A stretch of 50,082 nt of DNA, the filler included, from Dimargaris cristalligena (lineage: Eukaryota), in NCBI GenBank assembly GCA_003614675.1. It is 2 parts of 2 records of this genome, joined end to end, with 100 filler letters (N's around TTAATTAATTAA, not from the genome) between each part and the next. Parts side by side here need not be neighbours in the genome. Positions count along the whole stretch, not along the records: positions 1 to 25,113 come from ML002572.1; positions 25,214 to 50,082 come from ML002573.1. One strand, 5' to 3'. A model generated the notes under the pieces. It ran no database searches, had not been told where the DNA came from, and saw nothing but the letters and a program-made list of their open reading frames with translations. Positions 22,251 to 33,466 of this stretch are shown here, piece by piece. The translations under genes and the position numbers were made by a program. Each line of letters begins with the position of its first letter. Positions within the stretch are counted from its first letter, which is position 1.

Positions 22251-23218
22251 GGCTTTAAAATAAACAGGCAATGAAAAACGAGTAGTAATAGTAGTAGTGG
22301 AATATGGAAGGCTAGTGAGAATGGGGGGAGAATGTGAATAGTCCAGTGAATACAGCATAAACAAAGTATGGCTCGGCTCTCCTGAAGCCGGCGGAACAGG
22401 ATTATTTAATGGTTTACGAAGGAAAGGCCTAGAATCCGCGATTATTAATCACAAAAAACTTACAAATAGAATAGTGGTCAAGATGTGTGTGGTTTCCCCA
22501 CCCCCTTCGGAAATATCCTTTCGGTCAAAAGGATGGCTTGGACACGCTTACCAATAGTACCTACCCCAATAAACGAATAGAAAGCACTTTCCTGGTGCTT
22601 TCTCCTGCATGGCAAAACGGGAGATGGGAGCTGTGGTTGGATATGGCCGCCAGCGGTTATTTTTAAAATGAGAAGTGGTGATGTGGCCGCCTGCTTATTA
22701 CAAATCGCTGTGACCCTGAACTAAAGTTTCTTTAAATTGCCAACCATCGGCTTTAATAGCATTTATATTTATAAGTGAATAATTAAAAAAAGGTATTACT
22801 AATAGCGATACAATTGATTTTATATCATAGTCAGCATCTAATAATGCCCTTCCAGCAAAAACTACAACATAGCCACAACTAGGTGAATAGAAAATCGTTA
22901 GGTAAGCTTTAATCAACAAGTTGTTGGAAATTCATTTCCCACGTCCCACCGATTCCTTTACTCTGATTGGCTCGTCCTATACTCGGGACTATATTCTAGC
23001 CCCTACTATATTATTCTATACCCGGGAATTCGTCCCAATCTTTATTACTACTATTATCTAACTCAATAAAACTAACCGTGAGCATTTAGCTCTGCCTTTT
23101 GCAGTTCTTTCTCTCTTCTTCAAAATATTTTAGTTGTATCCGAAGGGACTTGCATTTACTATAGAACTTATATTTCCAACATAAGTAAGGTCTCAAAATT
23201 TAAAATCAGTAACAAGCA

Positions 23219-23362
23219 TGCCACCTAGGTTAACCACTCTTAGTCTATTAAGAGTCCTGAGGATAGGTTTCTAACCATAGGTAGGGCTTGGGCTCAGCCA
23301 AGTGGGTCACTAGCATTAGGTATAGATATGGTACTAATTAATAAAGGTTACTTAATGCAGGT
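23219..23362 (-). mobile_element. LTR family A fragment, interrupted by the next copy
   Basis: TGCCACCTAGGTTAACCACTCTTAGTCTATTAAGAGTCCTGAGG matches the start of the 14440 copy and stops at AATGCAGGT. Confidence 0.85.
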
Positions 23363-23913
23363 TGTCACACAGGTTAACCACTCTTAGTCCATCAAGAGTC
23401 CTGAGGATAGGCTTCTAACAGTAGGCAGGGCTTAGACTTGGCCAAGTGGGCTACTAGTATTAGGATAGGGGTATAATACTAACCAATAAAAGACAAATGC
23501 AGATAAATGTCAGGGATATGCAGCAGGCACACTTATGAGTTAGTACAAGGGAGATGAGCATATAGAGTTTATTGAGGTAAACTGGGGGATATGAATTAGC
23601 TAAGGAACTGAACTGGTCCCAGAGGGGCCTAGTTATTTATATATGGGGACCACTCATAACAAGGGGTCCCTAAGGGAATAGGATGACTAAAGGAAAGGTG
23701 AGGGTCGGAGTCTCGACCAGGTGGGCTTGCTTTCAGAAGACTCTTTACTGAGAGAGGAGAGTTGTTGGATCAGCTGGTGGAGTATGGTGTGAGAAGTGTT
23801 AGGACCCAGACATAGTGGGTTATATAGTTGAGGGAGGGGTAATATAGCACTATAAGGTGATAGGATGAGATGATCAGTGTTCCCGTATTTAGGAAGGGTT
23901 AGGCAGGCCAACA
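23363..23913 (-). mobile_element. LTR family A, near full-length diverged copy
   Basis: TGTCACACAGGTTAACCACTCTTAGTCCATCAAGAGTCC...GGCAGGCCAACA; collinear with 14440-15023 with a more diverged distal half. No TSD seen. Confidence 0.85.
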
Positions 23914-24385
23914 AGAGCCAAAGGTCTTGGCATTTTTTTAGATTGAATATGTACCATTGATGTACTTGATTGGGCCATGCATGCAGGTAATTGGCACACT
24001 CATATGAGTGATTGGTGTATGCATTAGTATGCATATTTTTTACATATAAGGGATAACTTTTCCCCCTCTTTTTTTTTCTGTATGTCAATTTCTTTGTATC
24101 AGATTTTAGGTATCAATTTTCTTTTATCTTTCTTTTATAATAAAACTACATCTATAACTACTGTGGATATTTGGTTTATATACTTCAAGTTGTGGTTACC
24201 AAGGACCAACCTTTTGAGCTTCCAAATAAGTATTTTTCATATTGGATTACTTTGGTTAAAAACTTTATACAGTTGGTTTTATTAATATATTTTTCATTTG
24301 AGTGACAAACCAGTTCACCTGGAGAAGCCACCCTGCCCTTTTGATATAATTTTGTTATTCATTTTAGTGGCTTGATACTACCACA

Positions 24386-24490
24386 CTATGACACCAGGGG
24401 TAACTATGGGAGGGTTAATATGGTGCTATAAGGCTAAATAAGGACAGATGATCATTAAGTTGGGATTAAGTCAGATTAGGAGGGCCGACA
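24386..24490 (-). mobile_element. LTR family A terminal fragment
   Basis: CCAGGGGTAACTATGGGAGGGTTAATATGG...GATTAAGTCAGATTAGGAGGGCCGACA matches about 14920-15023. Confidence 0.85.
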
Positions 24491-24880
24491 GAGCTACAGG
24501 GTCAATTTTAATCATGGTAACTAACATAGGTTCCTCTGGATAACTATAGCTCATTTGCCCCATTCAACTCTTATTTTAGTAACTTTAGAGGTGGCCCTGG
24601 CATCATCAAATTTGTGCTATTGGCACTGCCTAATAAATATTGATAATGACTTATATATACTACCTTCATGTAGTCTGGGATTTAGATATTTTGCCTGGTT
24701 GTTTATTAACCTAAATAAAAGTATTTGAGAAGTGGCCCTTTATCCACCCATAACCAAGTAAATATAGCCATATTTCTGTAAACTCAGAAAACCCCATGAC
24801 TAGTGCATAGCTAAACCCACCTTGCCTATTAATTTAAACTAGCCATGGGATATCTATTATAGAATATTATATATGACAGC

Positions 24881-24962
24881 TATCAGCCCTCCTAATCTGA
24901 CTTAATCCAGACCTAATGATTGCCCATCTTCATTAGGCCTTATAGTGCCATATTAACCCTCC
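24881..24962 (+). mobile_element. LTR family A terminal fragment, opposite orientation
   Basis: TATCAGCCCTCCTAATCTGACTTAATCCAGACC...TATTAACCCTCC is an imperfect reverse complement of 24409-24490. Confidence 0.85.
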
Positions 24963-25113
24963 TGTAAAGAACTGAACTCAAATCCTTGAAAACTGAACTT
25001 TATTCAAAAAAATAGGTGATAAAAAGGGAAAGGTGATGATAGATGTAAAGAACTGAACTCAAATCCTTGAAAACTGAACTTTATTTGAAAAGATAGATAA
25101 TAAAAGGGAAAGG
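24963..25113. repeat. Tandem duplication, 81-bp unit, about 1.9 copies, running into the gap
   Basis: TGTAAAGAACTGAACTCAAATCCTTGAAAACTGAACTTTATT...AAAAGGGAAAGG starts at 24963 and again at 25044. Confidence 0.9.
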
Positions 25114-25213
25114 NNNNNNNNNNNNNNNNNNNNNNNNNNNNNNNNNNNNNNNNNNNNTTAATTAATTAANNNNNNNNNNNNNNNNNNNNNNNNNNNNNNN
25201 NNNNNNNNNNNNN
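25114..25213. other. Artificial contig/scaffold linker (44 N + TTAATTAATTAA + 44 N)
   Basis: Exactly 100 nt and symmetric; the palindromic 12-mer places stop codons in all six frames. Confidence 0.97.
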
Positions 25214-25640
25214 AGTAGGCACACTTATTAGTTAGTACAAGGGGGTGAGTATATATAGAGTTTATTGAGGAAAACTGGGGGATATGAATAAGCCAAGGAA
25301 ACTAACTGGTCCCAATAGGGCTCAGTTATATATATGTGGGGGACCACTCCAGAGGGAGATCCCTGGGGGAAGGTACCCTTAAGATTAATAATATGAGGAA
25401 TAAGCCAACCAGATGGCCATGAGGACCTGGAAGACTCTAATGGTAACCAAAAGAGTCTCTGGATTACCAATTGAGTAATTGGTGCAAAGAGGTGGAGTCC
25501 AGAAGGGGAAGGGTTATATGATATAGAAGGATCCCATAGTACTGGGGGGGAGACTATGGGAAGTTACATATGGCACTATATGGCCCAGTCAGGGTGGATG
25601 ATCACTACACCTGTATTAAGTCAGATTAGAAGGGCTGACA
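25214..25640 (-). mobile_element. LTR family A copy truncated by the gap
   Basis: AGTAGGCACACTTATTAGTTAGTACAAGGG...TTAAGTCAGATTAGAAGGGCTGACA is collinear with about 14598-15023. Confidence 0.88.
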
Positions 25641-25649
25641 GATGGGACA

Positions 25650-26300
25650 GTTATGTCAATAAAATGCCCATTACCTTGCAGTTTTGGCCTTTATACTATA
25701 TATCATAAATTCTAACATTTGTCAATATGGGTAGGATTTTAAATCCCATCTAATTAGGGGCAATAGGCATAATATATAGTGGAAATATGGGAAACCAATA
25801 GCATATAAATGAAGACTGCTCATAATACTGATAATGAAGTGATGATAGAAATATAATTTTGCTTGAATTATCTGAGAATTAAGGTAATTGCTTTTATAAT
25901 ACATACACAGGAGCTGTACTGCCAGGGGTTAAGACAATTTTCCCTTTCCGAGACTAACTTAACTAGTCATTATTCCTCACCCCATGATGCCTGCACACTC
26001 CAGATCAGTAGTTATGCCTTTGCTGCAAACAATGCTCACACTAGGATGAGCAAGTGACATCAAAGTCTTCTGTATCCTACTTTCAAGAATGCCCCAGCAG
26101 ATCCAAGGCAATTTTGTCTTCCATTTTCCATATTCTTTTCTTCTTCACTCTACTCTCAAGAAATGCCCCAGTGGATTCGAGGAATTTTTATCTTACATTT
26201 TCCCATATATCTTCTCTTTCCCTTTTGCACAGTGTTCAAACTTGAAGACCCAGCCAGTTTTTCCCTTTGTGGTTTTATAGTTATTAGTCCATCTGAAGAT
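25650..26300 (-). pseudogene. Possible decayed DNA-transposase remnant
   Basis: Minus-strand frame with stops: GWVFKFEHCAKGKEKIYGKM*DKNSSNPLGHFLRVE*, loosely BED-finger-like; CpG-poor like the neighbouring repeats. Confidence 0.25.
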
Positions 26301-26536
26301 GATGTCCTAAAAGTAGTAGTATAGTCCTAAGTTCATAGCATCAATTTGCACATATAGTCTCCCAGCCAGCCCTTAAAACGGCAAGTTATCTTTGAGATAA
26401 GTTTTTATTATTTGGAATAAATATCTATTTTTAACTCCATCCAGTGTTTTACCCAGCATCAGCCAAGGACTTCAACCAGAAGTCAATTTTTTCATTTTTC
26501 TTATTTTTATTATCTTATTTTCAGCACGTAGCCACC

Positions 26537-26770
26537 ATGGCTCCTCCAGTACCTAACTCCAATGACGGGAGCTTAGGATCATTTCATGTGGAGCATTTTG
26601 CACCATACCCCAGTTCGACCTCCGATAACAGCTCCAAGCTGATCCAACTAGCCAAAGGACTGTTTCCCAAGTTCTCCATGTTTCACCCAGGCGCCTTGAG
26701 CCCTCCAAACCTGATGTCCAGTGACCTTGCCGACCCCGGGGGGGGACAAGGGGTCCAACCCCAGCCCTAG
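26537..26770 (+). CDS. Small hypothetical ORF (77 aa) or gene relic
   Basis: Perfect GCCACCATGG context, abrupt rise in GC after an AT-rich tract; MAPPVPNSNDGSLGSFHVEHFAPY... with no recognisable family. Confidence 0.25.
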   Translation: MAPPVPNSNDGSLGSFHVEHFAPYPSSTSDNSSKLIQLAKGLFPKFSMFHPGALSPPNLMSSDLADPGGGQGVQPQP

Positions 26771-27144
26771 TCCCGGAAGGGAGGAGCCTCAAACCACTGG
26801 CCCAACAGGAGCCATTCCTCATATTGTTAAAAAGATTCGAGTTAGACGGTTATTGGTTAGCCTACCCAGCTTATAAGCATACTGTGGTAGATACTTTATA
26901 CTTCCTAAACCAGCATCGCCCTTTAAATCGAGAGAATAGCTGATGTGGATATATAGTGTACGAATCCGTGGCAGTAGAAAATGCCATTAAAAAGGTATAT
27001 TTTATTAGATAATACTAAATGGTATAAACGAGGAAGGCTAGAGGTTTAGCATCGGTTTCCCGATGGAAATGACGGGTGCATGATGGGTTTTTAAGGGAGG
27101 CTTGAGAAATATAGGTTGGCGGGAGGGGGGCATTAGTTAGATTC

Positions 27145-29496
27145 CTAGGCATCGGACTTGAGAATGATGGCCGTACGGGAAGGAATATAGACTTGGATGT
27201 AGTTGGGACGTCCGTTCCATTCCCCGGGGGTAGCTGTGAAAACCTGGTTTTGGTCCAAACGATTGTAACCAAAGAACTCGGGGGCATCCGAATTGAGCAC
27301 CATCTGGTAATTGCCGGACTTCGGAGCGCCAATGCGGTAGTCCGTAAAGCTTTGGGTGGGATGGAAGTTGATAATAAAGAGGAGGGGGCCCCGCTCAAAC
27401 GCCACCACCTTATCGCCTTCGTGTTTCGTCGACACCCAAGTGTGCTCGGATTCCAGCCAAGGATAGCGATTCTCGAGGTGATGCATAGCGCGATCCCAGT
27501 TCACGAGGTACTTATAGCGGAGCAGGGGGTCTTCGACCAGATTGAATTGCCGGCGGGCGTAGTGGAAGCTGTCGTGGTTGCCCTCGCGCGGGAAGTCCAG
27601 CCATTCAGGGTGGCCAAATTCGTTGCCCTCGAAGTTAAGATAACCCTCCCCACCCAACCCGTAGGTCACCAGGCGGATCAGTTTGTGTAGGGCCATACCA
27701 CGGTCGATGATGGGGGTGCGTTCAGTCAGGTCCGACATGTTTGTGTACATTTCCTTGTCCATAAGCCAGAAGGCCAGCGACTTATCGCCCACCAGGGCCT
27801 GGTCGTGCGACTCGGCGTAGGCGATGGACTTCTCCTTCCACCGCCGGTTGACCAGGTTGAAGGTGATATCGCCCATCTTCCAGTCCTCATCCCGCACTTC
27901 CTTCAGCAGCTTGATCCACATATCGGGAATGGCCATGGCTAAGCGGTAGTCGAAGCCCACGCCGCCCTCTTCGACCGGTCGGCACAAGGCAGGCATACCC
28001 GACACGTCCTCGGCGATGGTCAGTACGTGGGGATAGAGAGAGTGGAGCATGTAGTTGGCGATCATCAAGTACCCAAGGGCCTCACCGTCGACGGCGCCGC
28101 CAAAGTATTCTTCATAGTTGCCGCTGAACCCCGTGGCAATACCGTGGTGCAGGTAGAGCATCGAGGTGACTCCGTCAAAGCGGAACCCGTCCATACGGTA
28201 TTCGTCCATGTAGAAGCGGAGGTTGGATAGGAGGAATCGCAGTACTTCATGGTGGCTGTAATTGAACAGGCGGCTGTTCCACAGCTCGTGGCGCCCCCGG
28301 CTGCCTTCATGGAAGTAGCAGTGGTCGGTACCGTCGAAGTGATTCAGGCCATCCAGCACGTTGTTGCTGGCGTGCGAGTGGACAACGTCCAGTAGGACGG
28401 TAAGTCCCAGTCCGTGCGCGGTATCGACGAGCCGCTTGAGGTCCTCGGGGGTGCCATAGCGACTGGAGGCGGCAAAGAAATTGGTGACTTGGTACCCGAA
28501 ACTGGCGTAGTAGGCGTGTTCCATCACCGCCATCAATTGGATTGTGTTGTAGCCTAAATCTTTGATGTAGGGCAGCATGCGATCAGTGAATTCGTTGTAG
28601 GTGCCCACCCGGGGTTCGGGGGTCGAGATACCGACGTGGGCCTCGTAAACACGCAGGCTCTTCGGGCGGGGTGGAGCCGGGTTCTTCCACACGTAGGGCT
28701 GCGGCGGATCCCAGTACACAGCGTCATACACGGGACTGGTGTTCAAGTCCTGAGTAACCCGGGTGATCCAAGCTGGAATACGGTCGAAGCGTTCGCCGGA
28801 CTCGTTCGTAAACGAAACCTGTGGGTCAAAATCAAGGAAAATGGGGGTGGGATGGTAGATATGAGAAAGTGCAATCGCCAACCCAAGGACTGGGGGGGGG
28901 CATGAGTTGGCTGTTAAGTGCCAACGGAGAGTAGGATGGGGTGGTTTCTCAGACACCAACCAACTTCTGTAGAAAGACGACTTAGTGATAGTGACTGGAG
29001 GGACCGAATACCCTGAGAGATTACATACCTTAATTTTAGAGTCGTGCGGAATAGCGGGCTGACCGGGAGCGACGTGGGGGATGGCAATCTCCCAAACCCC
29101 AAAGCTGTTTTTGGTCATAGTATGGGCCGAGTGGTCCCAGTTGTTGAACTCGCCGATAAGGCAGGCGCTGGTGGCGCCTGGGGCCCACTCCCGGTAGATA
29201 ATATGGGTCTTGGTGCGGTTAAAGCCAAACTTCTCGTAGCCGCGGCTGAAGTCGTCGAGACTGCCTTCGGTCCGGTCAATAGTGTTGACCCAATTGCGGA
29301 AGTAGCCGTAACGGCCCCTCAGAGCGGCCCGGAAAGGGGCCAGGTACGGGTCCCTTTTGATGACCTCGAACTCCTCCTCGCCCTTCTCTCCTTCGGCGTT
29401 TTCGTGTTGGGTGGGTTCGGGGTGGGTCAGGGTAGTGCTGGCCATGGTGGGTGCAGAGTCGGCGTGGGCGGTGGGGGAAGAAGTAGCGTGCTCCAT
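27145..29496 (-). CDS. GLC3: 1,4-alpha-glucan (glycogen) branching enzyme, GH13; exons 29496-29029 and 28818-27145 (about 713 aa)
   Basis: [91 protein letters not shown] 210-nt GTATGT...CAG intron removes a non-homologous 70-aa stretch and restores HDSKIK|VSF. Confidence 0.98.
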   Translation of the reverse strand: MEHATSSPTAHADSAPTMASTTLTHPEPTQHENAEGEKGEEEFEVIKRDPYLAPFRAALRGRYGYFRNWVNTIDRTEGSLDDFSRGYEKFGFNRTKTHIIYREWAPGATSACLIGEFNNWDHSAHTMTKNSFGVWEIAIPHVAPGQPAIPHDSKIKVCNLSGYSVPPVTITKSSFYRSWLVSEKPPHPTLRWHLTANSCPPPVLGLAIALSHIYHPTPIFLDFDPQVSFTNESGERFDRIPAWITRVTQDLNTSPVYDAVYWDPPQPYVWKNPAPPRPKSLRVYEAHVGISTPEPRVGTYNEFTDRMLPYIKDLGYNTIQLMAVMEHAYYASFGYQVTNFFAASSRYGTPEDLKRLVDTAHGLGLTVLLDVVHSHASNNVLDGLNHFDGTDHCYFHEGSRGRHELWNSRLFNYSHHEVLRFLLSNLRFYMDEYRMDGFRFDGVTSMLYLHHGIATGFSGNYEEYFGGAVDGEALGYLMIANYMLHSLYPHVLTIAEDVSGMPALCRPVEEGGVGFDYRLAMAIPDMWIKLLKEVRDEDWKMGDITFNLVNRRWKEKSIAYAESHDQALVGDKSLAFWLMDKEMYTNMSDLTERTPIIDRGMALHKLIRLVTYGLGGEGYLNFEGNEFGHPEWLDFPREGNHDSFHYARRQFNLVEDPLLRYKYLVNWDRAMHHLENRYPWLESEHTWVSTKHEGDKVVAFERGPLLFIINFHPTQSFTDYRIGAPKSGNYQMVLNSDAPEFFGYNRLDQNQVFTATPGEWNGRPNYIQVYIPSRTAIILKSDA

Positions 29497-30762
29497 TAGA
29501 AGGGGCTACTATGCGGACAGGAGAAATGGGGAAGGTTGTCGAGAATGCAGGATAGAACAGCAGCCGCTATATAGACGGGCGGTAGTGGAGGGGGGGTTGG
29601 TATATGCACTGAAGAACAGGCGTAGGGTGGTTGTTATATGAGGCAGAGAAACCTAGTAAGGGGGAGGTTTATAGCGTGGTGGTTATGTCGCGGTTGATGA
29701 AAGCGAGATAAGAGGGAAATGATATGTTCGTCACAGTTGATTCCCGCGGCTGTAGAGTGTGGGACAAGCGCATATGGAAGAGCATATATACTTATTATAT
29801 AATGGTATAATGTAGAAGTACCCTTTCGGTTTATGGTGGCTGGGAGAATAAGGCGGGAGAGGCTGTTCATTTCGTGTTCTTCCTTATCCGTCCTAATCCC
29901 CCCTCTTCCCTATGGATAATGAACATAATAGAACGCTCCCTGATCCAGCCCCACAGGAATACGAAACGAGGCCAATCAGGGTACGCGCCATCAACTAGAC
30001 GTCACTCCAATGTCCATCCTATCAATCTGTTCTTCAGCACTGTACTCGCCCCAGCCAAAGAGTGGCGCGGATTCACCTAGTCAAGGAATATCTCAAATCG
30101 AGTGCTAACCCCGTTTGTGGTGGTGCTTTATGTATACCCCCAAGATGTGTGTGGCAGTAGTTAGTTTAATAAAACCTGGTGTAGCTAGTATTAGTTATTT
30201 AAGGCATTAAACAGGCCATATAGAGTGTCTCTGGAAATACATCGGGCCCGCCCAGCAAGTCGCCGCAGGGTGGCATAAATATAACCCTTTCGAGCAACTA
30301 ATCGGGGGAATTTCTATGTACAGGGTCGGTTTCCTATTGTTCCATCCATAAATGTACCCACGATTAAATTATACTATCCCAGCTGCATTTTGATTGGGAA
30401 AATACTGTGGGAAACCCCCCCGTCTGGGAAGTTGTACCAAAAATATATGGCCGATATTTCCAAGTTGCCCACCTTCCCACTTAGTAAACCGTACTAATCA
30501 AGCAAACACCTCTAAACCTAAACGTGTTCGCCGGTTTTATCCTTTCCATGTCCTGCTCTGCAACCACCCCGTACACCAACTATACCCCAACTTGCCGGTT
30601 GATTAAACCAAGCCTTTTGTTGATAAATGCGATTTTTAATTAAACACTGATGATAAAGTATAGGGCCAGCTCACACTGGGCACCCTCATAAACATATAAA
30701 TAATTACAAAAAAAAATTACTGTACACGAATACGGCCACTAAGGCGGGCATATAGTGGTCCC

Positions 30763-33466
30763 TCAGGGCAAATGGTGCTGGTTATTCTCAACCCGGGCCC
30801 CAATCATACCCGGCATGGGCAATATTTGGGGGTTGTGCAGCTTAAGCGAGGGCCCGCTTCCGAAATCCAAAAAGTAGTACATCGCCACCGGATCCCACTG
30901 CCCCATAAAATCGTACGCCTGAATTTGGATGGAGGAGTGCCCATTTTGGACAGCAGGCTGTTTAGATTTGAAAGGTTTGGTGGGCATGTTGGCCAACCGA
31001 GGCAGCACGGACGCGCGCTGGAAGCGCCGTGGGGGCTTCGTAGCCGCAGGCACCAGGAGGGGCAGCCGCCGGTGTTGCCGACTTAAGCGAATCGTTAGAC
31101 TATTCCGGGGGCTCATCTTTTTTAGAGCCTTTGGAGTGCCCATGGCTGGCGTCTCCGGCGATGAAAGCGTGATGGGTGGTGGTGGTGATTCGACTTGGGG
31201 GGTTGTCGCCTGCAACGAAGTAGGTGGATAATAGGGGTGGTGGTAATGGGTCCTCCGGTTTAAGTCCGTAAGCATTTCACTGAGGAGGTCATCGATTTCG
31301 TCATCGTCAATCGGGTCCTGCGCGAGATCCAGCTCGGTCGGGATGATATGCTTGGTTAGTCGTTTAAGGGATTCCAAGCCCCCCGGCGTGAGTAGACGAC
31401 TGTCTCGCTGTCGGGGGAACGGTACGTTGGACCCACCACTGATGTTGGCCTTCAGTAGGTAGTTGAGAAACCGCGACGAGGTCAGTTTCTGTCGAGCGTC
31501 ATTCGACTGTCGCTGGGGGGACGATGAGTCGGAGTCCGTCCCGAGGCCCCAGGCACAGGTGGAGGTGAGGTTGGATGACCCCACACTGGACGACCCGGCA
31601 GAGGTACTGGACGAAGTGTAGCGACGGTGGGCCTTTTCGAGCTTCCGGAAAGGCGGTAAGGGCCGTAGACCTCCTGAACCCCCGCTCCATACACCCGAAA
31701 GTTCGGATAGGGTGGGTGATTGGATTTGCTCAAACGGTACGGTTGGATATACTGATAAATGGCCCATGTCCTGTCGCCGACCAATGGGAGACGCCAGTAC
31801 CGAGGTGGATTTACGGTGGGGATCAAAGGTGAGACGGGGAATACTGAGTTGCTCCATTGAAGCATCGGTGGAAAATGATGATTCCCAGTGGCCCGTTTGC
31901 CGGCGGCGCATTATCTTACTGATATAAGTGGACCGCTGGATCTCGCGGGCCCGGACAGTCTCAAGGTCCTCCTCGGGCTCCTCCGGTGCAGCCGAGTCCC
32001 GTCGATCCGAGCCGCCGGGTTCACCAGTTTTGGACTCAACCGTTGCGGCAGTGGAATCCTTAGGGTCCTGACTGGACTTCGAGTCGCTGGAAGTGGACGG
32101 ATTCGTTACAGTGGAACTTATACCTTTCTGTAGAAACGAAATGGTCCCATGGGTTACATTTTGCCGGCTAAGCAAATAGCCAAATGATAGGTAGTGTCCC
32201 TTGTCCCGGGGTGAAGTAGCAGTAGTAGTAGTAATGACCTTGTCGCTAACCACAGCATCCGGTGGTTGAGGACAATCCAAGTGCAGTACTTCCTTGGTCT
32301 GGCGGCCCTTGGTGAAGAAGTTCAGGGAGAAATAAATGAGGCAATTAAACAGCCCCCTCAGTGGGGATACCGCGCCGAAGTACAAGGCCACGGGGTACGA
32401 AAGGGTGCGGTCGTGAGCCATGGAATAGAACCGGGCTATTAGGGTAGGCGACCAGGAGACGAGGAACACCACCATATGCAGCGATGTGGTGATCGAATAC
32501 AGCCGCTTATACCGCAGGACTCGCTCCTGCTGGATTGCCGTCATATTTTGGGTTCGGGATTGAACGTCGTGGAAAATCACATACCCTACCACTCCAAAGG
32601 TGGCGAGAAGAAAAACAGTTACTAGGATTAGGGGCGCAAGCCATATAACAATCTGAAGGGCGAGATGTTGTGGTGGTATCCAGCACCTATTGGGGATTTG
32701 CATGAACCGACAGGGAGATGGCGAGTACAGCAACAGTGGAGATCATAAAGGGAGGTTAGTTGAATACCCGTCGGATAAAAATAATCGAAGCTAAACGGAG
32801 GGAGAGAACTGGCCCCATTCCCTGTGTTGTGCGTTTAAAGAATATCGACTATATTTAGAGCTGGTCGACAATAACGGGGTGCCAGTGGCAGGAGGGCATA
32901 TAGAGGCCCATCCTAATTACTGGCAGGGGGCCCAGGTCCAGCGGCCTTACTTACCATAGGTCAGCGTCGCCGTATCCGCGGACTCGATTTGGGTCCCGGG
33001 CAACCAGGGGGGTGACCGCGATGGCCAAGGGTAGTAGGAAAAAAGTGCCCAGCATAAACTGCTGGTTACGCCGAATAATGGATTTTTGGCGGTCCAACAA
33101 AAATACCGAGACCAGATTAACCGCCACCAAACCGGAACACAGAATGGAGGCCAAGGTGCCCCATTGTATTAAAATGGCTTGCAGCTGACAGATGGCGGAG
33201 TTGGGGCCGCCCCACTGGTCGAGCGGCTGGCGACTCAGGGCTTTGGCGCTAACGTCGATGAGATCGGCCAGGGTGACCACCAGGGTATACTTGAAGGAAT
33301 TGGTTCGGAGTCGGCGCATGAATGCAAGGCAAACTAGAACGGCTAGACAGCCTACTATACTTAAACCCGCGGTAATTCGAGTGGTATTTACAAGGATATT
33401 GAGGTGGGCGTTGTCATTGACATGGCTGTTGGCATCCTCAGTCGTTTGGTGAATCCCCTCGATCAT
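30763..33466 (-). CDS. cAMP-receptor/Git3-like 7TM G-protein-coupled receptor with a long cytoplasmic tail; exons 33466-32955 and 32686-30763 (about 811 aa)
   Basis: AGLSIVGCLAVL, LADLI, CQLQAILIQWGTLASILCSGLVAVNL, spliced YGDADLW|CWI, VFLVSWSPTLIARF, SPLRGLFNCLIYF. The GTAAGT...AATAG intron is phase-consistent. Confidence 0.88.

Noticed and set aside
23687-24285. 133-aa and 67-aa ORFs in the repeat island
   Set aside because: The longer one crosses an LTR boundary and neither has an intact gag/pol motif; at most decayed TE interior.
24963-25113. Repeat that might be taken for a CRISPR array
   Set aside because: Eukaryotic context, only two units, no unique spacers and no cas genes.
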